From positions 704,001 to 768,000 of the forward strand of contig OY760183.1 of NCBI GenBank assembly GCA_963663275.1: a DNA stretch of 64,000 nt. Direction: 5' to 3'. Source of the stretch: Chloroflexota bacterium. GTDB taxonomy: Bacteria > Chloroflexota > UBA11872 > VXOZ01. The notes below the pieces were generated by a model. The model saw nothing but the letters and a program-made list of their open reading frames with translations. It was not told where the DNA came from and did no database searches. Below, in pieces: positions 12,598 to 23,196 of the stretch. Every line of letters begins with the position of its first letter. Positions within the stretch are counted from its first letter, which is position 1. The position numbers and the translations under genes are program-made.

Positions 12598-12969
12598 TCA
12601 GCCGCGTTTGCGGGTGATCTCCACGCCCGGCATACCGGAACGCCCCGTAGAAGGAAAGAGCGCCGGCTTGCCCACCCGCACGCGCACCGCCGCGCACGCG
12701 GGAAAATCCTTCAGCACCGCCGCCGCGATGCGCTCCGCCAGGTGTTCCAGCAGCGCGCACCGGACGCTCTCCACCACGGCCACAACCCGGTTGTAGACCG
12801 CCGCGTAGTCGAGCGTATCCTCGATGGCGTCGCTCTCGCCCGCGCGGCGCAGGTCGCAACGCAAGGCAAGGTCGAAGCGCAACACCTGCGGGGTGTCCCG
12901 CTCCTCCGCCGTTACCCCAACGCGCGCCGCCGCGCGCATGCCCTCTATGAAAATGGAATCTTCTGCCAC
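12598..12969 (-). CDS. folB: Dihydroneopterin aldolase
   Basis: DSIFIEG...VGVTAEER..PQ, DTLDY, LLEHLAERIA, VRVGKP; GTG start at 12969 preferred over the longer ORF. Confidence 0.9.
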   Translation of the reverse strand: MAEDSIFIEGMRAAARVGVTAEERDTPQVLRFDLALRCDLRRAGESDAIEDTLDYAAVYNRVVAVVESVRCALLEHLAERIAAAVLKDFPACAAVRVRVGKPALFPSTGRSGMPGVEITRKRG

Positions 12970-13203
12970 GCGCGCCCGCCTATACCGGTGTGTTCCGGCC
13001 TTTCCTGAGAGCGTGAGACACCCGCGCCCTACTTTTCCCACATCTTCCGGTAGCGCAGGTTTGCAACCTGCGTACGGCGTCAACCGTAGCGGTTCTTGCC
13101 CCCGCCGTCGCAGGCGCAGTCCGCTTTGTACCCAATCTATCTGCCCAGTATACTGGGCACGGACGAGTAGGGTAAGGCAAAACGAGGGTGAGGTGATGAG
13201 CAA

Positions 13204-14196
13204 GTGAATCCAATTCGCTGCGCTGTGCTTGGCACGGGGCATTCACACGCGCTGGGCAAGCTGGACGTGCTGCGCAATTTCCCCGAGTGGGAACTGGTCG
13301 GCGTCTGCGAGCCGGACGCGGCCTGGCGCGAGCGGCGGCAGCAGGAAGACAACTGGCAAGGTGTCGCGTGGCTGGAAGAAGCGGACATTCTTGAAGACCC
13401 CACCATCCGGATGATCGCGGTCGAGAGCGAGGTGCCCCAGTTGCTGCCGCTGGCGGAGCACGCCATCGACGCCGGCAAGCACATCCATCTCGATAAACCG
13501 GCGGGTACCGACCTCGCCAGGTGGCGGACGCTGCTCGACAAGGCCGCGGGGCAGGAACTCATCATCCAGATGGGCTACATGTTCCGCTACAATCCCGGCT
13601 TCAACCTGGTGCGGCGGGCCGTGCGCGAGGGCTGGCTGGGCGATGTCCACTACGTGCGCGGCGGCATCAACTCCGCCAGCGATCCCGCCACCCGCGAGCG
13701 GCTGTCGCACTATCCCGGCGGCATCATGCTGGAACTGGGCTGCCACCTGCTCGACATGATCACACTGGTAATGGGCCGGCCGGAGAAGGTCACGCCCTTC
13801 CTGCGCCACGACGGACGCTCTTACGACGTTGCCATGTCGGATAACACCGTGGCCGTGTTGGAATACGGGCAGGCGGTGGGTATCATCGAGAGTTCGCTCC
13901 TGGAGCAAGGCTCGCAGGACCGGCGGCACTTCGCCGTCTGCGGCAGCCAGGGCAGCATTGTCCTGACGCCGCTAGAGCCGCCGGCCGGACGCCTCTTCCT
14001 CAATGAGCCCCGCGGCGGTTTCCAGGCCGGCTGGCAGGACGTGCCGTTCGAAAACATCCCCCGCTACGAGCGCGACCTGGTGGAACTGGCCGCCTGCATC
14101 CGCGGCGAGATGGAGTTTCCTTATTCCAAAGAGCACGACTACATCACACAGGAGACCGTCCTGCGCGCCTGCGGGAGCACAGACGATTCAGCGTAG
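13204..14196 (+). CDS. Gfo/Idh/MocA-family oxidoreductase
   Basis: Rossmann GTGHSHA, AGKHIHLDKP, GYMFRY, ELGCHLLD. Confidence 0.9.
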   Translation: MNPIRCAVLGTGHSHALGKLDVLRNFPEWELVGVCEPDAAWRERRQQEDNWQGVAWLEEADILEDPTIRMIAVESEVPQLLPLAEHAIDAGKHIHLDKPAGTDLARWRTLLDKAAGQELIIQMGYMFRYNPGFNLVRRAVREGWLGDVHYVRGGINSASDPATRERLSHYPGGIMLELGCHLLDMITLVMGRPEKVTPFLRHDGRSYDVAMSDNTVAVLEYGQAVGIIESSLLEQGSQDRRHFAVCGSQGSIVLTPLEPPAGRLFLNEPRGGFQAGWQDVPFENIPRYERDLVELAACIRGEMEFPYSKEHDYITQETVLRACGSTDDSA

Positions 14197-14258
14197 AATG
14201 CCTGTATTCTCCGTCGTGCGTCTCGGGCATGTCTTGATACAACCCAGAGAGCAATGCT

Positions 14259-15149
14259 ATGCCCGTCGTCGAGCGGCAGGTTACCGTAAATGGGATTTCC
14301 CTGTGGACGGCGTCGCAGGGCAGCGGCCCGCCGGTTGTGCTCTGTCACGGTGGACCGGGGGCGTACGACAACCTGGAACCCGTCGCCGCCATGATCGATG
14401 ATATTGCCGCCGTTCACCGGTACGACCAGCGCGGGTGCGGCCGCTCACAGGATAGAGGGCCTTTCAACGCGGCGACCTTCGTTGCCGATCTCGATGCCCT
14501 GCGCGCACACTGGGGCTACGAGACGTGGACAGTCATCGGTCACTCTTGGGGTGCGGAGCTCGTTCTCCTGTACCCCATCGAGCACCCCCGGCGCATCAGC
14601 CGCCTGGTGTACATTTCCGGTACGGGAATCGATCCCGCCTGGCGCCAGGAATATCGCAAGAACCGTGAAGCGAAACTGCCTGCCGGCGAACGCGAGCGCT
14701 TCCGCTACCTTAGTGCAAGACGACATACCGCTTCGGGGGCTGAACTAGCGTGCATCAATCGAGAGCGTGCCGCCTTGCTTGCAACGACGGAGTACTATGA
14801 CGCGACCAAGTTCGACGATCTTCCCCGGCATGACCGGTTCCCGTTCAACTACACGCTGAACGCCGTCATGAATGACGAGTCGAAGCGCCTGGAGGAAACG
14901 GGAGAACGCCCGGTACAGGTCCGCAGGATCATGGCGCCCACGCTCATCTTGGACGGCGAGGCGGACCCGAGGCCGCGGTGGGCGCGCGCCCACGTCGCCC
15001 AATTGATACCGAACAGCCGCCACGTGACCGTGCCGCGGGCCGGACACGAGCCGTGGATCGAGCAGCCGGAAGCCACGGCGCGCGCCCTGCGGGAGTTTCT
15101 CACGGAGACCCATACCGACGACGAAGAAAGAATCATTGGCCTCAATTGA
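14259..15149 (+). CDS. Alpha/beta hydrolase (proline-iminopeptidase-like)
   Basis: HGGPG, YDQRGCGRS, GHSWG, AGHEPW. Confidence 0.9.
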   Translation: MPVVERQVTVNGISLWTASQGSGPPVVLCHGGPGAYDNLEPVAAMIDDIAAVHRYDQRGCGRSQDRGPFNAATFVADLDALRAHWGYETWTVIGHSWGAELVLLYPIEHPRRISRLVYISGTGIDPAWRQEYRKNREAKLPAGERERFRYLSARRHTASGAELACINRERAALLATTEYYDATKFDDLPRHDRFPFNYTLNAVMNDESKRLEETGERPVQVRRIMAPTLILDGEADPRPRWARAHVAQLIPNSRHVTVPRAGHEPWIEQPEATARALREFLTETHTDDEERIIGLN

Positions 15150-15196
15150 GTCTTGCGCAAGACCGGCAAGCCGCTTGCAAGCAAAGGAGATTTGCG

Positions 15197-16240
15197 GTGA
15201 ACGACCAGCTTGAGATCCGAGTAGACATTGCTCCCTGGAAGCACGACGCCCAGCTCGTCTACTCCATGACCTACGACGAAGGCACCATCGACGCCATTTG
15301 CAACTCGTTTCCCATCCACGAGGAGCACGACATTCCGGGGCACGTCTGCACCGTGAGCGGACACCTGGGACAGCAGCGCCTGGTGCGCGGCACCTCCATG
15401 CGCGAAGTGTTCTACATGAACCCGGAACAACTGCGCTTCTTAATCAACAAAGGCTGGACGATCAGCAGCCACTCCCACACCCACGTGCCCACCGACCAGG
15501 ACGGCATCGACCTGGACCTGGAAGTGCGCCTGAGCAAGTGGGAACTGGAGAAGGCCACCGGCGCGCCGGTGCGGCTCTTTGCTTATTGGGGCAACCTGCG
15601 CATCGCCGACAAGATCCTGCCTGTGGCGCAGGCAGCGGGGTATCAAGGCATGCTCAGCATCGGCAACCCCTGGAATACGGCCGACTACGACGTATGGGAT
15701 ATCATGCGCCACACCATCGGACGCGACATGGAGGGCTGGCTCCAAGAGCCGACGGTCTCAACCTACCGCCACTCGCGTGATGCTTTTCTGAATGAACTCA
15801 CGCAAGAGAATACGCGCGGTAATTGGCTGGTGGACATATCGCACATCGTGGTCGACCGCCTGCCCAAGGCGAACGGTCCCAGCCTCTGGAACCGCTGCAT
15901 GACGCCCGCTATCCTGGACGCCCGCCTGCGCGAGGTGCGCGCGCTCTGGGGCAACGACCTGTGGGCAACGGTCCCCGAAGAGGTGGTGGAATACACGCTC
16001 CTGCGCCGCGCCGCCGCGCTCACCGTCACCCCAAACGGCGCCGGCCGCGCCACCTGCACGGTCAACCTGAACGGCCTCCGGGACGACGTGACCGCCCGCG
16101 AACTGACCTTCCGCGCCCAAACTCCCTGGCGTAACGCCACAGTCAACGGCGGCGCGATTCCGGCACAAATGAAAGACGGCACGCTGACCTGGACCGCGGC
16201 GGTGACGGACGGCACGGCGTTCGTGCTCAGCGCGGGCTGA
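15197..16240 (+). CDS. Polysaccharide deacetylase (NodB-like) family protein
   Basis: SMTYDEG, ISSHSHTH, FAY motifs; AAGGAG RBS before GTG 15197. Confidence 0.75.
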   Translation: MNDQLEIRVDIAPWKHDAQLVYSMTYDEGTIDAICNSFPIHEEHDIPGHVCTVSGHLGQQRLVRGTSMREVFYMNPEQLRFLINKGWTISSHSHTHVPTDQDGIDLDLEVRLSKWELEKATGAPVRLFAYWGNLRIADKILPVAQAAGYQGMLSIGNPWNTADYDVWDIMRHTIGRDMEGWLQEPTVSTYRHSRDAFLNELTQENTRGNWLVDISHIVVDRLPKANGPSLWNRCMTPAILDARLREVRALWGNDLWATVPEEVVEYTLLRRAAALTVTPNGAGRATCTVNLNGLRDDVTARELTFRAQTPWRNATVNGGAIPAQMKDGTLTWTAAVTDGTAFVLSAG

Positions 16241-16334
16241 AAACTACACGAGAATCCTAAGGAAAGCCCGACTTTGCGCTGAAAGAGAGCCGCACCCCGT
16301 TCCGTCGTTCCCGTTTGCGCGGCGATCCATCCGC

Positions 16335-16362
16335 GTAGGGGCGGTTCGCGAACCGCCCCTAC
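16335..16362. repeat. GTAG-REP palindrome
   Basis: GTAGGGGCGGTTCGCGAACCGCCCCTAC. Confidence 0.8.
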
Positions 16363-16387
16363 GTCGTGCCCGGCGGGGGACAAGCCC

Positions 16388-16564
16388 CAATGCTGTCGCA
16401 TTAACGTAGCGCGGGGGCTTGTCCCCCGCCGGAACAAGAAAAATGATAACGGAATGGATTGACCCTACGGAAGACGCAGGTTACGCGCACCTCCCGTGCG
16501 AACCTGCGCTACCGGAGAAACGAGCGTAGTTTTCATTTTCATTGCGTTTAATGCGAAAACCTTA
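16388..16564. mobile_element. MITE family B (IS4-like TIRs) with an 11-bp target-site duplication
   Basis: CAATGCTGTCGCATTAA...TTAATGCGAAAACCTTA flanked on both sides by GGGACAAGCCC (16377-16387 and 16565-16575). Confidence 0.8.
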
Positions 16565-16627
16565 GGGACAAGCCCCCGCGCTACAGAGCCCACCATCGGC
16601 TTGGGAGTACCGTGCAAACGTAAAGGC

Positions 16628-17869
16628 TCAAACCGGCTCCGCAGCTTTCTCCACACTGAACGCCCCGTGCACTTTCGCCACGGCGTCCACGACCTGCCGC
16701 ATGTCCCGTTCTTCCGCCAGCAGTGCGTTTTGGGGTAGCCAGACCCCTTCATGGTGGGCGATGCGGTCGGTGTTGGGCAAGGGGCGGTCAAGTGGATCAT
16801 CCGCGCGGCCGAGCTTCTGCAGGATGTCGCGCACTGAATTCTTGACCGCGTTCTGCTCGTGGCAGGGCCAGTCGTAGCCGGGCGAGCAGGGGATGCCTTC
16901 CGCGTTGAGCGCCTGGATGAACGCGGCGCGGTCGTGGCCGCCAAACGCCGCCTGGTCGTAGCGCAGCATGTAGAGGTGGTGGGCGTGGCCGGTCACCTCC
17001 GGCGGACGGTGTTGGGGCGTGATGCCGGGTATCGCCCCCAGATGGGTATCCAGATAGCGGGCGTTGGCATCGCGCCGCGCCATTTGCTCGGGCACGCGGG
17101 TCAATTGCGCCCGCAGCAGCGCGCCGTGGAACTCGCTCAGGCGGTAGTTCCAACCCAGCCGCTCGTGCTGGTACCAGGCGCCTTCCCGCAGGCGGCCCAC
17201 GTTCATCACCGACCACGCCAGTTCGGCCAACTCCTGGTCGTTGGTGCAAATCGCGCCGCCTTCACCGGCATTGAGGTTCTTGCTCGATTGGAAGCTGAAA
17301 CTGCCTAGGTCGCCGATGCCGCCCGCGCCCTGGCCGCGCCAGGCCGCGCCGTGGGCCTGGGCCGCGTCTTCCAGCACGCGCAGGCCGTGTTTCCGCGCTA
17401 CCGCCAGGATGCCGTCCATATCGGGCGGTTGGCCGGCGATGTGCACGGGTATGATGGCTTTGGTGCGCGGCGTGATGGCGGCTTCTACCGAGGCGGGATC
17501 AAGCTCGAACGTGTCCGGGTCGATGTCGGCAAAGACCGGAATCGCGCCCAGGAAGAGCGGCGCGGCGGGCGTGGCCACGAACGTGTACGACGGCACGATC
17601 ACCTCGTCGCCAAATCCCACGTCCAGCACGCGCAGGCCGAGTTCCAGCGCGCACGTGCCGTTCACGACGGCAATGCAGTGCTTCGTGCCCTGGAAGGCCG
17701 CGAATTCCTCCTCGAACGCGACCACCTGCGTACCGGCGTTGCGCCCCCACACGCCGGAGCGCAATACCTCCAGCAGCGCCTTCTCATCCGCGCCTTCCCA
17801 GACCGGCCAGGCGGGAAACGCAGTCGTTCGCACCGGCGTGCCGCCGTCGCGGGCAAGTTTTTCATTCAT
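16628..17869 (-). CDS. DegT/DnrJ/EryC1/StrS PLP-dependent aminotransferase (AHBA-synthase-like)
   Basis: NGTCAL, PSYTFVAT, EDAAQAHG, SFQSSKNLNAGEGG, GWNYRL. Confidence 0.92.
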   Translation of the reverse strand: MNEKLARDGGTPVRTTAFPAWPVWEGADEKALLEVLRSGVWGRNAGTQVVAFEEEFAAFQGTKHCIAVVNGTCALELGLRVLDVGFGDEVIVPSYTFVATPAAPLFLGAIPVFADIDPDTFELDPASVEAAITPRTKAIIPVHIAGQPPDMDGILAVARKHGLRVLEDAAQAHGAAWRGQGAGGIGDLGSFSFQSSKNLNAGEGGAICTNDQELAELAWSVMNVGRLREGAWYQHERLGWNYRLSEFHGALLRAQLTRVPEQMARRDANARYLDTHLGAIPGITPQHRPPEVTGHAHHLYMLRYDQAAFGGHDRAAFIQALNAEGIPCSPGYDWPCHEQNAVKNSVRDILQKLGRADDPLDRPLPNTDRIAHHEGVWLPQNALLAEERDMRQVVDAVAKVHGAFSVEKAAEPV

Positions 17870-17900
17870 GTGTGCTACTCCCGGGTGTCACTTGCTGCGC

Positions 17901-18101
17901 GTAGGGGCACGACATGTCGTGCCCCTACGCCTCCAATTTCCAACGCGCGGGTTGCCTCTCTCTGCGCGCAATGTCCCGCAGCATTAACGTAGCGCGGGGG
18001 CTTGTCCCCCGCAACGGCGAAGGACCGGACCCGTCATGCCGGCGGCAGCCGGCATCCATCTTCGCCATGCTCCTTGGACTCCGGCCTGCGCCGGAGTGAC
18101 G
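17901..18101. repeat. REP cluster (two GTAG-REPs, a degenerate MITE-B end, a GGACTCCGGC..GCCGGAGTGAC hairpin)
   Basis: Copies of motifs seen elsewhere in the window. Confidence 0.7.
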
Positions 18102-18180
18102 GAGGGAATGTCCGCACTCCCGGCGAGGCTGTGATGCTGCGAGGCTGAGCGGAGCGTGCTCTCCTTGAATTATACGCCGC

Positions 18181-18861
18181 TTAGCGCACGCCCACAGCGC
18201 GCACCGCCAGCGTGAACTCGCCGCGCGGTTGATTCTCCGCAAAGTGCGCCAGCATCTCCGTCAGCGTGCCGCGCAGGATCTCTTCGTGGAGCTTGGTCAA
18301 CTCCCGCGCGACGACCACTTCGCGATCTCCCAGGCATTCATGGCAAACTTCCAGATCATCGACCAAGCGATAGGGCGAGGCGTAGATCACGAGGGTGAAC
18401 GGCAGATCCGCCACGCTCTCCAGCAGGCGCTTGCGGCGGGACGTCCGCCGCGGCAGGAAACCCAGAAAGCAGAACATGCTCCCCGGAAACCCGGCTATGG
18501 AGACGGCGGCCGCGGTCGCGGTTGGGCCGGGAACCGGTACCGCCGGAATCCCCTGCGCCACGGCGGCGGCGATGAGCGGCTGTCCCGGATCGGCTATGCC
18601 CGGCGTGCCGGCGTCCGTGACCAGCGCGACGTTCTTGCCCTGCGCCAGTTTACTGAGGATGCGCTCCAGGCGGGCCGTGCCGCTATGGGCGTGAAAGCTG
18701 GTGAGCGGCGTGTGTACGTCCAGATGCGCCAGTAGTTTGCGGGTGTGGCGCGTATCCTCGGCGGCAATCTCGTCCACCTCGCGCAGGATGCGCACCGCGC
18801 GCAGGGTAATGTCTTCCAGGTTGCCGATGGGGGTGGCTACCACGTAGAGCGTGCCGGGCAT
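18181..18861 (-). CDS. rsmI: 16S rRNA (cytidine1402-2'-O)-methyltransferase
   Basis: LYVVATPIGNLEDITLRA, AEDTR, DAGTPGIADPG, ARELTKLHEE, RGEF. Confidence 0.95.
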   Translation of the reverse strand: MPGTLYVVATPIGNLEDITLRAVRILREVDEIAAEDTRHTRKLLAHLDVHTPLTSFHAHSGTARLERILSKLAQGKNVALVTDAGTPGIADPGQPLIAAAVAQGIPAVPVPGPTATAAAVSIAGFPGSMFCFLGFLPRRTSRRKRLLESVADLPFTLVIYASPYRLVDDLEVCHECLGDREVVVARELTKLHEEILRGTLTEMLAHFAENQPRGEFTLAVRAVGVR

Positions 18862-19025
18862 CGTCTTGGTCGCGCCTTTCTCAGTCCCGCCGCCGGAGAT
18901 ATGAGACGAAGCCACATCGAAGAGGAATCACCCTCACCCTTGCCCTCTCCCTCGATGGAGAGGGGATGCCGCGCACACGATCCACGTATCGCAAGTCGTG
19001 CGCCACCGCGAAAATTGCGGTCCCG

Positions 19026-19886
19026 TCAGCGCCCCCAGTCGCGCGGGTAGCGGAAGTCGCGCTCGATGGTGCGTTGCGAGAGCTTGGCGATGATCGGCGG
19101 CCGCCTCTTGTACTGCATGGACCGCACCAAACGGGTTACGTCCCCCACAAACTCCTCATCGAACCCCGCCGCCATAAGTTCGCCGGGACGGTAACGCTCG
19201 TCCACAAGGAGGTAGAGTAGGTGATCGACGTCTTCATACGAAAACCCCAGTTCGCCCTCGTCGGATTGCCCCGGCCAGAGATCGGCACTCGGCGGTTTTT
19301 CGATGATTTGCTGCGGGATTCCCAAATGGCGGGACAACTGCCGCACCTGGGTCTTGTAGAGATCGCCAATCGGATTCACCGCGCTCGCCATGTCGCCGTG
19401 CAGCGTGCTATAGCCCAGGAGCAGTTCCGTCTTGTTGCTCGTGCCCAGCGGAAGGCTTTCGAACGCGACCGATTGGTCGTAGAGTACTATCATCCGCGCT
19501 CGCGCCATGACGTTGCCCTGTCGCTTCACGTCCATATCCGGGAAATCGGCAAAGTAAGAGTCGACCAGCGGCGTGATCTCGATAAGCTTGGACGAAATGC
19601 CGAGCGACTCCACCACGGTTTCGGCATCAGCTTGGCTATCGGGATTCGATTCACGATACGGCAGCAGGAGCGCGAGGACGTTTTCGGCCCCCAGCGCGCT
19701 GGCCGCCAGGTAGGCGGAAAGCGCGGAGTCGATACCGCCGGACAGGTTTAGCACGGCGCGGGTAAAGCCGAACTTGTGCACCTCATTGCGTATGAAGCTG
19801 TGCAAAATCTCCACGGTGAGCGGCAGATTGAGCTTGAGCGCTCCGTGCGCTTTCGCGATGAGTTCAATTGCTGCGTCATTCGTCAT
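19026..19886 (-). CDS. nadE: NAD+ synthetase, synthetase subunit
   Basis: [43 protein letters not shown]. Confidence 0.95.
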   Translation of the reverse strand: MTNDAAIELIAKAHGALKLNLPLTVEILHSFIRNEVHKFGFTRAVLNLSGGIDSALSAYLAASALGAENVLALLLPYRESNPDSQADAETVVESLGISSKLIEITPLVDSYFADFPDMDVKRQGNVMARARMIVLYDQSVAFESLPLGTSNKTELLLGYSTLHGDMASAVNPIGDLYKTQVRQLSRHLGIPQQIIEKPPSADLWPGQSDEGELGFSYEDVDHLLYLLVDERYRPGELMAAGFDEEFVGDVTRLVRSMQYKRRPPIIAKLSQRTIERDFRYPRDWGR

Positions 19887-20767
19887 GTATATCGCTCGCG
19901 ATAGATGCGGCGCAATTCCCGATACGTCAGGTCCAGCCGTTCGTCGCGCAGCAGCGGCAGGAGCGACCGCTGGCGGCGCAAGGCGTCAGCCGAAATCTCA
20001 GCGGTGACCAGCGTCTCTTCGAAGTACGGCGCCCGCGCCAACACCGTGCCGTCGGGCCCAATGACCTCCGACCCGCCCCAGAAGTTCACGCCGTCTTCAT
20101 AGCCCACGCGGTTGCAGTACACCACAAAACTCGTGCACGTGCGGGCGTAGAGGTTGTTCAGGTTGTGCCAGGTCTCGGCGCTGCGCAGGTCTTGCGATTC
20201 GCCGGAGACGCCGCGTCCCGGCCCGCTGGAGATACCCAGAATCAGGTCCGCGCCATCGGCGTGAACGACGCTCACCGCCGAGGGATGCCAGAAGTCCTCG
20301 CAGATCAGCGCGCCCAGGCGGCCAAAGCGCGTGTCGAAGGCGCGCAGGTGCTCGCCGGCCGCCAGATACCGACCCTCGTCGAACATGCCGTACGTGGCCA
20401 GGTACACCTTGCGGTGCACGTGGCGCACCCGCCCGGCCTCCACGTACACACCGCTATTGTAGAAGCGCCGGTCGGCGGATTCCTCCACCATGCCGAAGAG
20501 CAGGCTCATGCGCCCACCGGCGGCGATGAGCGGCTCCAACCGCGCATTGTCCACGCGCATGGCCGTCTCCGCGACCAGGTCTTCCAGGAAATACCCGTTC
20601 AGAGAAAGCTCCGGAAACACCAGCAGGTCCACGGCTTGCTCCTCCGCCCGCGCAATGACGTCCAGATGCTTCCGCAGGTTGCGCGGCACGTCACCCAGGT
20701 GGGGATTGATCTGCGCCAGGCCGATGCGGAATGACTGTAGCGGATTCTGCGTGCGTTCGGGGAGCAT
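19883..20767 (-). CDS. Carbon-nitrogen hydrolase; probable stand-alone glutaminase partner of NadE
   Basis: [24 protein letters not shown] (E-K-C triad); 4-nt overlap with nadE. Confidence 0.9.
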   Translation of the reverse strand: MLPERTQNPLQSFRIGLAQINPHLGDVPRNLRKHLDVIARAEEQAVDLLVFPELSLNGYFLEDLVAETAMRVDNARLEPLIAAGGRMSLLFGMVEESADRRFYNSGVYVEAGRVRHVHRKVYLATYGMFDEGRYLAAGEHLRAFDTRFGRLGALICEDFWHPSAVSVVHADGADLILGISSGPGRGVSGESQDLRSAETWHNLNNLYARTCTSFVVYCNRVGYEDGVNFWGGSEVIGPDGTVLARAPYFEETLVTAEISADALRRQRSLLPLLRDERLDLTYRELRRIYRERYT

Positions 20768-21168
20768 GAGTGCGCCGCTAATTCCTTATTCGATTTACAG
20801 GTTAGTCACGCAAGACTCTAGCGCTTCAGTTACCCACATTGTAGCTGTCTGACACCTGTACGGGCTAGTGATTGAAAAGCCACGGTGTTAATGGCATTCT
20901 AGCAGCGTGCTTGCCGGAGAATTTCCCAGTCTCAGTGATAACGCACGAGGACTTGGCACTTGCAACCTTCCAGTTGAACGCTATTGCGCAAATGGAAACA
21001 CAGTATAATTGAACACAATGTGCGGCTCCTGTAACAGAAGCATGGTGGAATGGTGTCCGTACCTTCCTATACCAGAGTCATCATCCAAATTCAGAGTCTT
21101 GATCTGTCTCATGACTGCGTTCTTGGTGTAAACTGTTACGGTAAGGAAGAATAGAGAAGGAGGGTGAC

Positions 21169-21420
21169 ATGGGAATCCTTGAAAGAGAGATTGCAGTCTT
21201 CGAAGGCATGCGCGACCTTCTGGAACGCGATCACCTTTACAAATGGGTGGTCATCTACGGCGAGGAACTCTGTGGAATCTATGATGATTTCCAGGATGCT
21301 GCTGCAGATGCGACCGTGCGGTTCGGTCGGGGTCCTTACCTCATCAGGCAAGTAGGGGCTCCTCCTGCAACCTTACCCGCATCTCTGCAATTCAGACCTG
21401 TAAATTATGCCGACAACTAG
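21169..21420 (+). CDS. Small hypothetical protein (DUF5678-like), partner of the downstream protease
   Basis: AGGAGGG RBS; LERDHLYKWVVIYGEELCGIYDDFQDA...FG.GPYLIRQVG pattern; overlaps next gene by 14 nt. Confidence 0.7.
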   Translation: MGILEREIAVFEGMRDLLERDHLYKWVVIYGEELCGIYDDFQDAAADATVRFGRGPYLIRQVGAPPATLPASLQFRPVNYADN

Positions 21421-21889
21421 ATTTGGATTCGACGACACCGACTCTCAGTCCGGCCAAGACCTACTGGTGACGTTCGGCCCAACTCTATTTGTGCAAATTG
21501 GGTTTGATCCGGCATTCCAGCCAGGGCTGTCCTCTCGTCCAAAACTGCCACAGCTTGAGTTACCCGCGCTAGTGGATACCGGTGCAACTGAGAGTTGCAT
21601 TGACTCCGCTTTGGCGCGAGAACTGCAATTGCCCGAAGTTGATACAGGGTTGATTTCGGGCGTACAGGGGAGAAGCGAAGCTGTCTTCTATGTGGCACAG
21701 ATACTCGTCCCAAATCTGAACTGGACCATTTACGGTAGGTTCTCTGGAGTGCACCTTACTGCAGGCGGCCAACCGCACTCCGCACTCCTTGGCAGAACGT
21801 TCCTTCGAAATTTCGCCCTAACCTATGAAGGCAGAACAGGGGAAGTGATAATTGGGAACGACGTAGACCCACTACAGGGCGTTGTGTGA
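21407..21889 (+). CDS. Retropepsin-like (clan AA) aspartyl protease
   Basis: ALVDTGATESCID catalytic motif, LLGRTFL psi-loop; single domain. Confidence 0.85.
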   Translation: MPTTRFGFDDTDSQSGQDLLVTFGPTLFVQIGFDPAFQPGLSSRPKLPQLELPALVDTGATESCIDSALARELQLPEVDTGLISGVQGRSEAVFYVAQILVPNLNWTIYGRFSGVHLTAGGQPHSALLGRTFLRNFALTYEGRTGEVIIGNDVDPLQGVV

Positions 21890-22024
21890 GGTTTCTCAAA
21901 GTCATCCCGTACTCCTGCTAGCACAACGCATCAATTTACTCTTCGCATTGGCTTGCTCAGTAAGTGTGTCTCTGTCTGAGGATAGACCCCAAGTAAAGGG
22001 ACGTTGCGGGAAGGTAAAGCACCC

Positions 22025-23059
22025 ATGGCAGCCACGTACCGGGTAGGCATCGTCGGTCTCGGGCGCGTAGCCGGCGGCATTCAGGAAGAAGTGGCCGGTT
22101 ACGCCGGGCGCATGTTGCTGCCTTATTCCCACACGCACGCCTACGCTGCCGTGCCCCAGACCCGCGTCTGCGCCGTCGCCGACGTGGATTCGCAAAAGAC
22201 CGCAACCTATCTGGAGCAATGGCAGCCGGAGTTCGGCGCCATCGCGGCCTACGCCTCCTATGAAGAGATGCTGGCGACTGAAGACCTCGACGTCGTCAGC
22301 GTCTGCACCCACGCGCCGCTGCACGCGCCGGTCACGCTGGCGGCGGCACAAGCGGGCGTGAAGGCGGTCTTCTGCGAGAAGGCCATGGCTACCAGTCTCG
22401 CCGAGGCCGACGCCATGATCGCCGCCTGCGACGGGCGCAACGTGAAACTCGTGATCAACCACACCCGTCGCTGGGATCCTTTCTACGAAACGGCGCGCGC
22501 GCTGCTCGCCGAGGGGCGCATTGGCAGTGTCCGCACGGTCTCTGCCCACTTCGGCGGCACGCTGTTGCACACCGGCGTTCACTGGCTGGACGCGATGCTG
22601 CTCTTCAGCCAAAGCCCGGCCGTGTGGGTAGCGGGCGCGCTCGCGCCCGGGGCCGACACCGCCAGGGACGCCGGCGGCACGGCCGTCGTGGGTTTTCGCA
22701 ACGGCGTGATGGGCTTCATCGACGGCCAGAGCGGCCCCGTCTTCGAGATCGACGTCATCGGCACCGCCGGCCGCCTGCGCTTGAGCAACAGCGACGCGGA
22801 GTTCTTCACGTTCGATTCCGCCACGCGCACAATGGTCAAGCGGCCGTTCCCGCTGGTCGCGTACCCGCGCAGCGGCATGCAGGGCGCGGTGGAGGAGATC
22901 GTGCGCTGCATCGAGCACGACCGGCCCAGCCGCGCCGAAGGCCGCGTGGGCCGCGCCGCGCTGGAACTCGCGCTGGCGGTCTACGCCTCTCATGCGTCCA
23001 ATGGCGCGCGCGTACCCCTGCCGCTGGCGGACCGCGAGCGCGTGGTGCTCTCCCGCTGA
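22025..23059 (+). CDS. Gfo/Idh/MocA-family oxidoreductase
   Basis: VGIVGLGRV, DVVSVCT, FCEKAM, NHTRRW, GVHWLD. Confidence 0.9.
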   Translation: MAATYRVGIVGLGRVAGGIQEEVAGYAGRMLLPYSHTHAYAAVPQTRVCAVADVDSQKTATYLEQWQPEFGAIAAYASYEEMLATEDLDVVSVCTHAPLHAPVTLAAAQAGVKAVFCEKAMATSLAEADAMIAACDGRNVKLVINHTRRWDPFYETARALLAEGRIGSVRTVSAHFGGTLLHTGVHWLDAMLLFSQSPAVWVAGALAPGADTARDAGGTAVVGFRNGVMGFIDGQSGPVFEIDVIGTAGRLRLSNSDAEFFTFDSATRTMVKRPFPLVAYPRSGMQGAVEEIVRCIEHDRPSRAEGRVGRAALELALAVYASHASNGARVPLPLADRERVVLSR

Positions 23060-23196
23060 CGCGCCGTGAGCGGAAGCGCCGTTTCCGCTATCATGGTGCT
23101 GGGTACCGCATAAGCGATCTGCGGTACAGCATTTCTTTTATGGACGCTTTGTATACGTTTGACCCGCGTGTGGAATGGGGTCAAGAAGAGGAAAGA

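Noticed and set aside
16628-17869. Ansamycin/AHBA biosynthetic cluster
   Set aside because: The aminotransferase is isolated; no PKS or other AHBA pathway genes nearby
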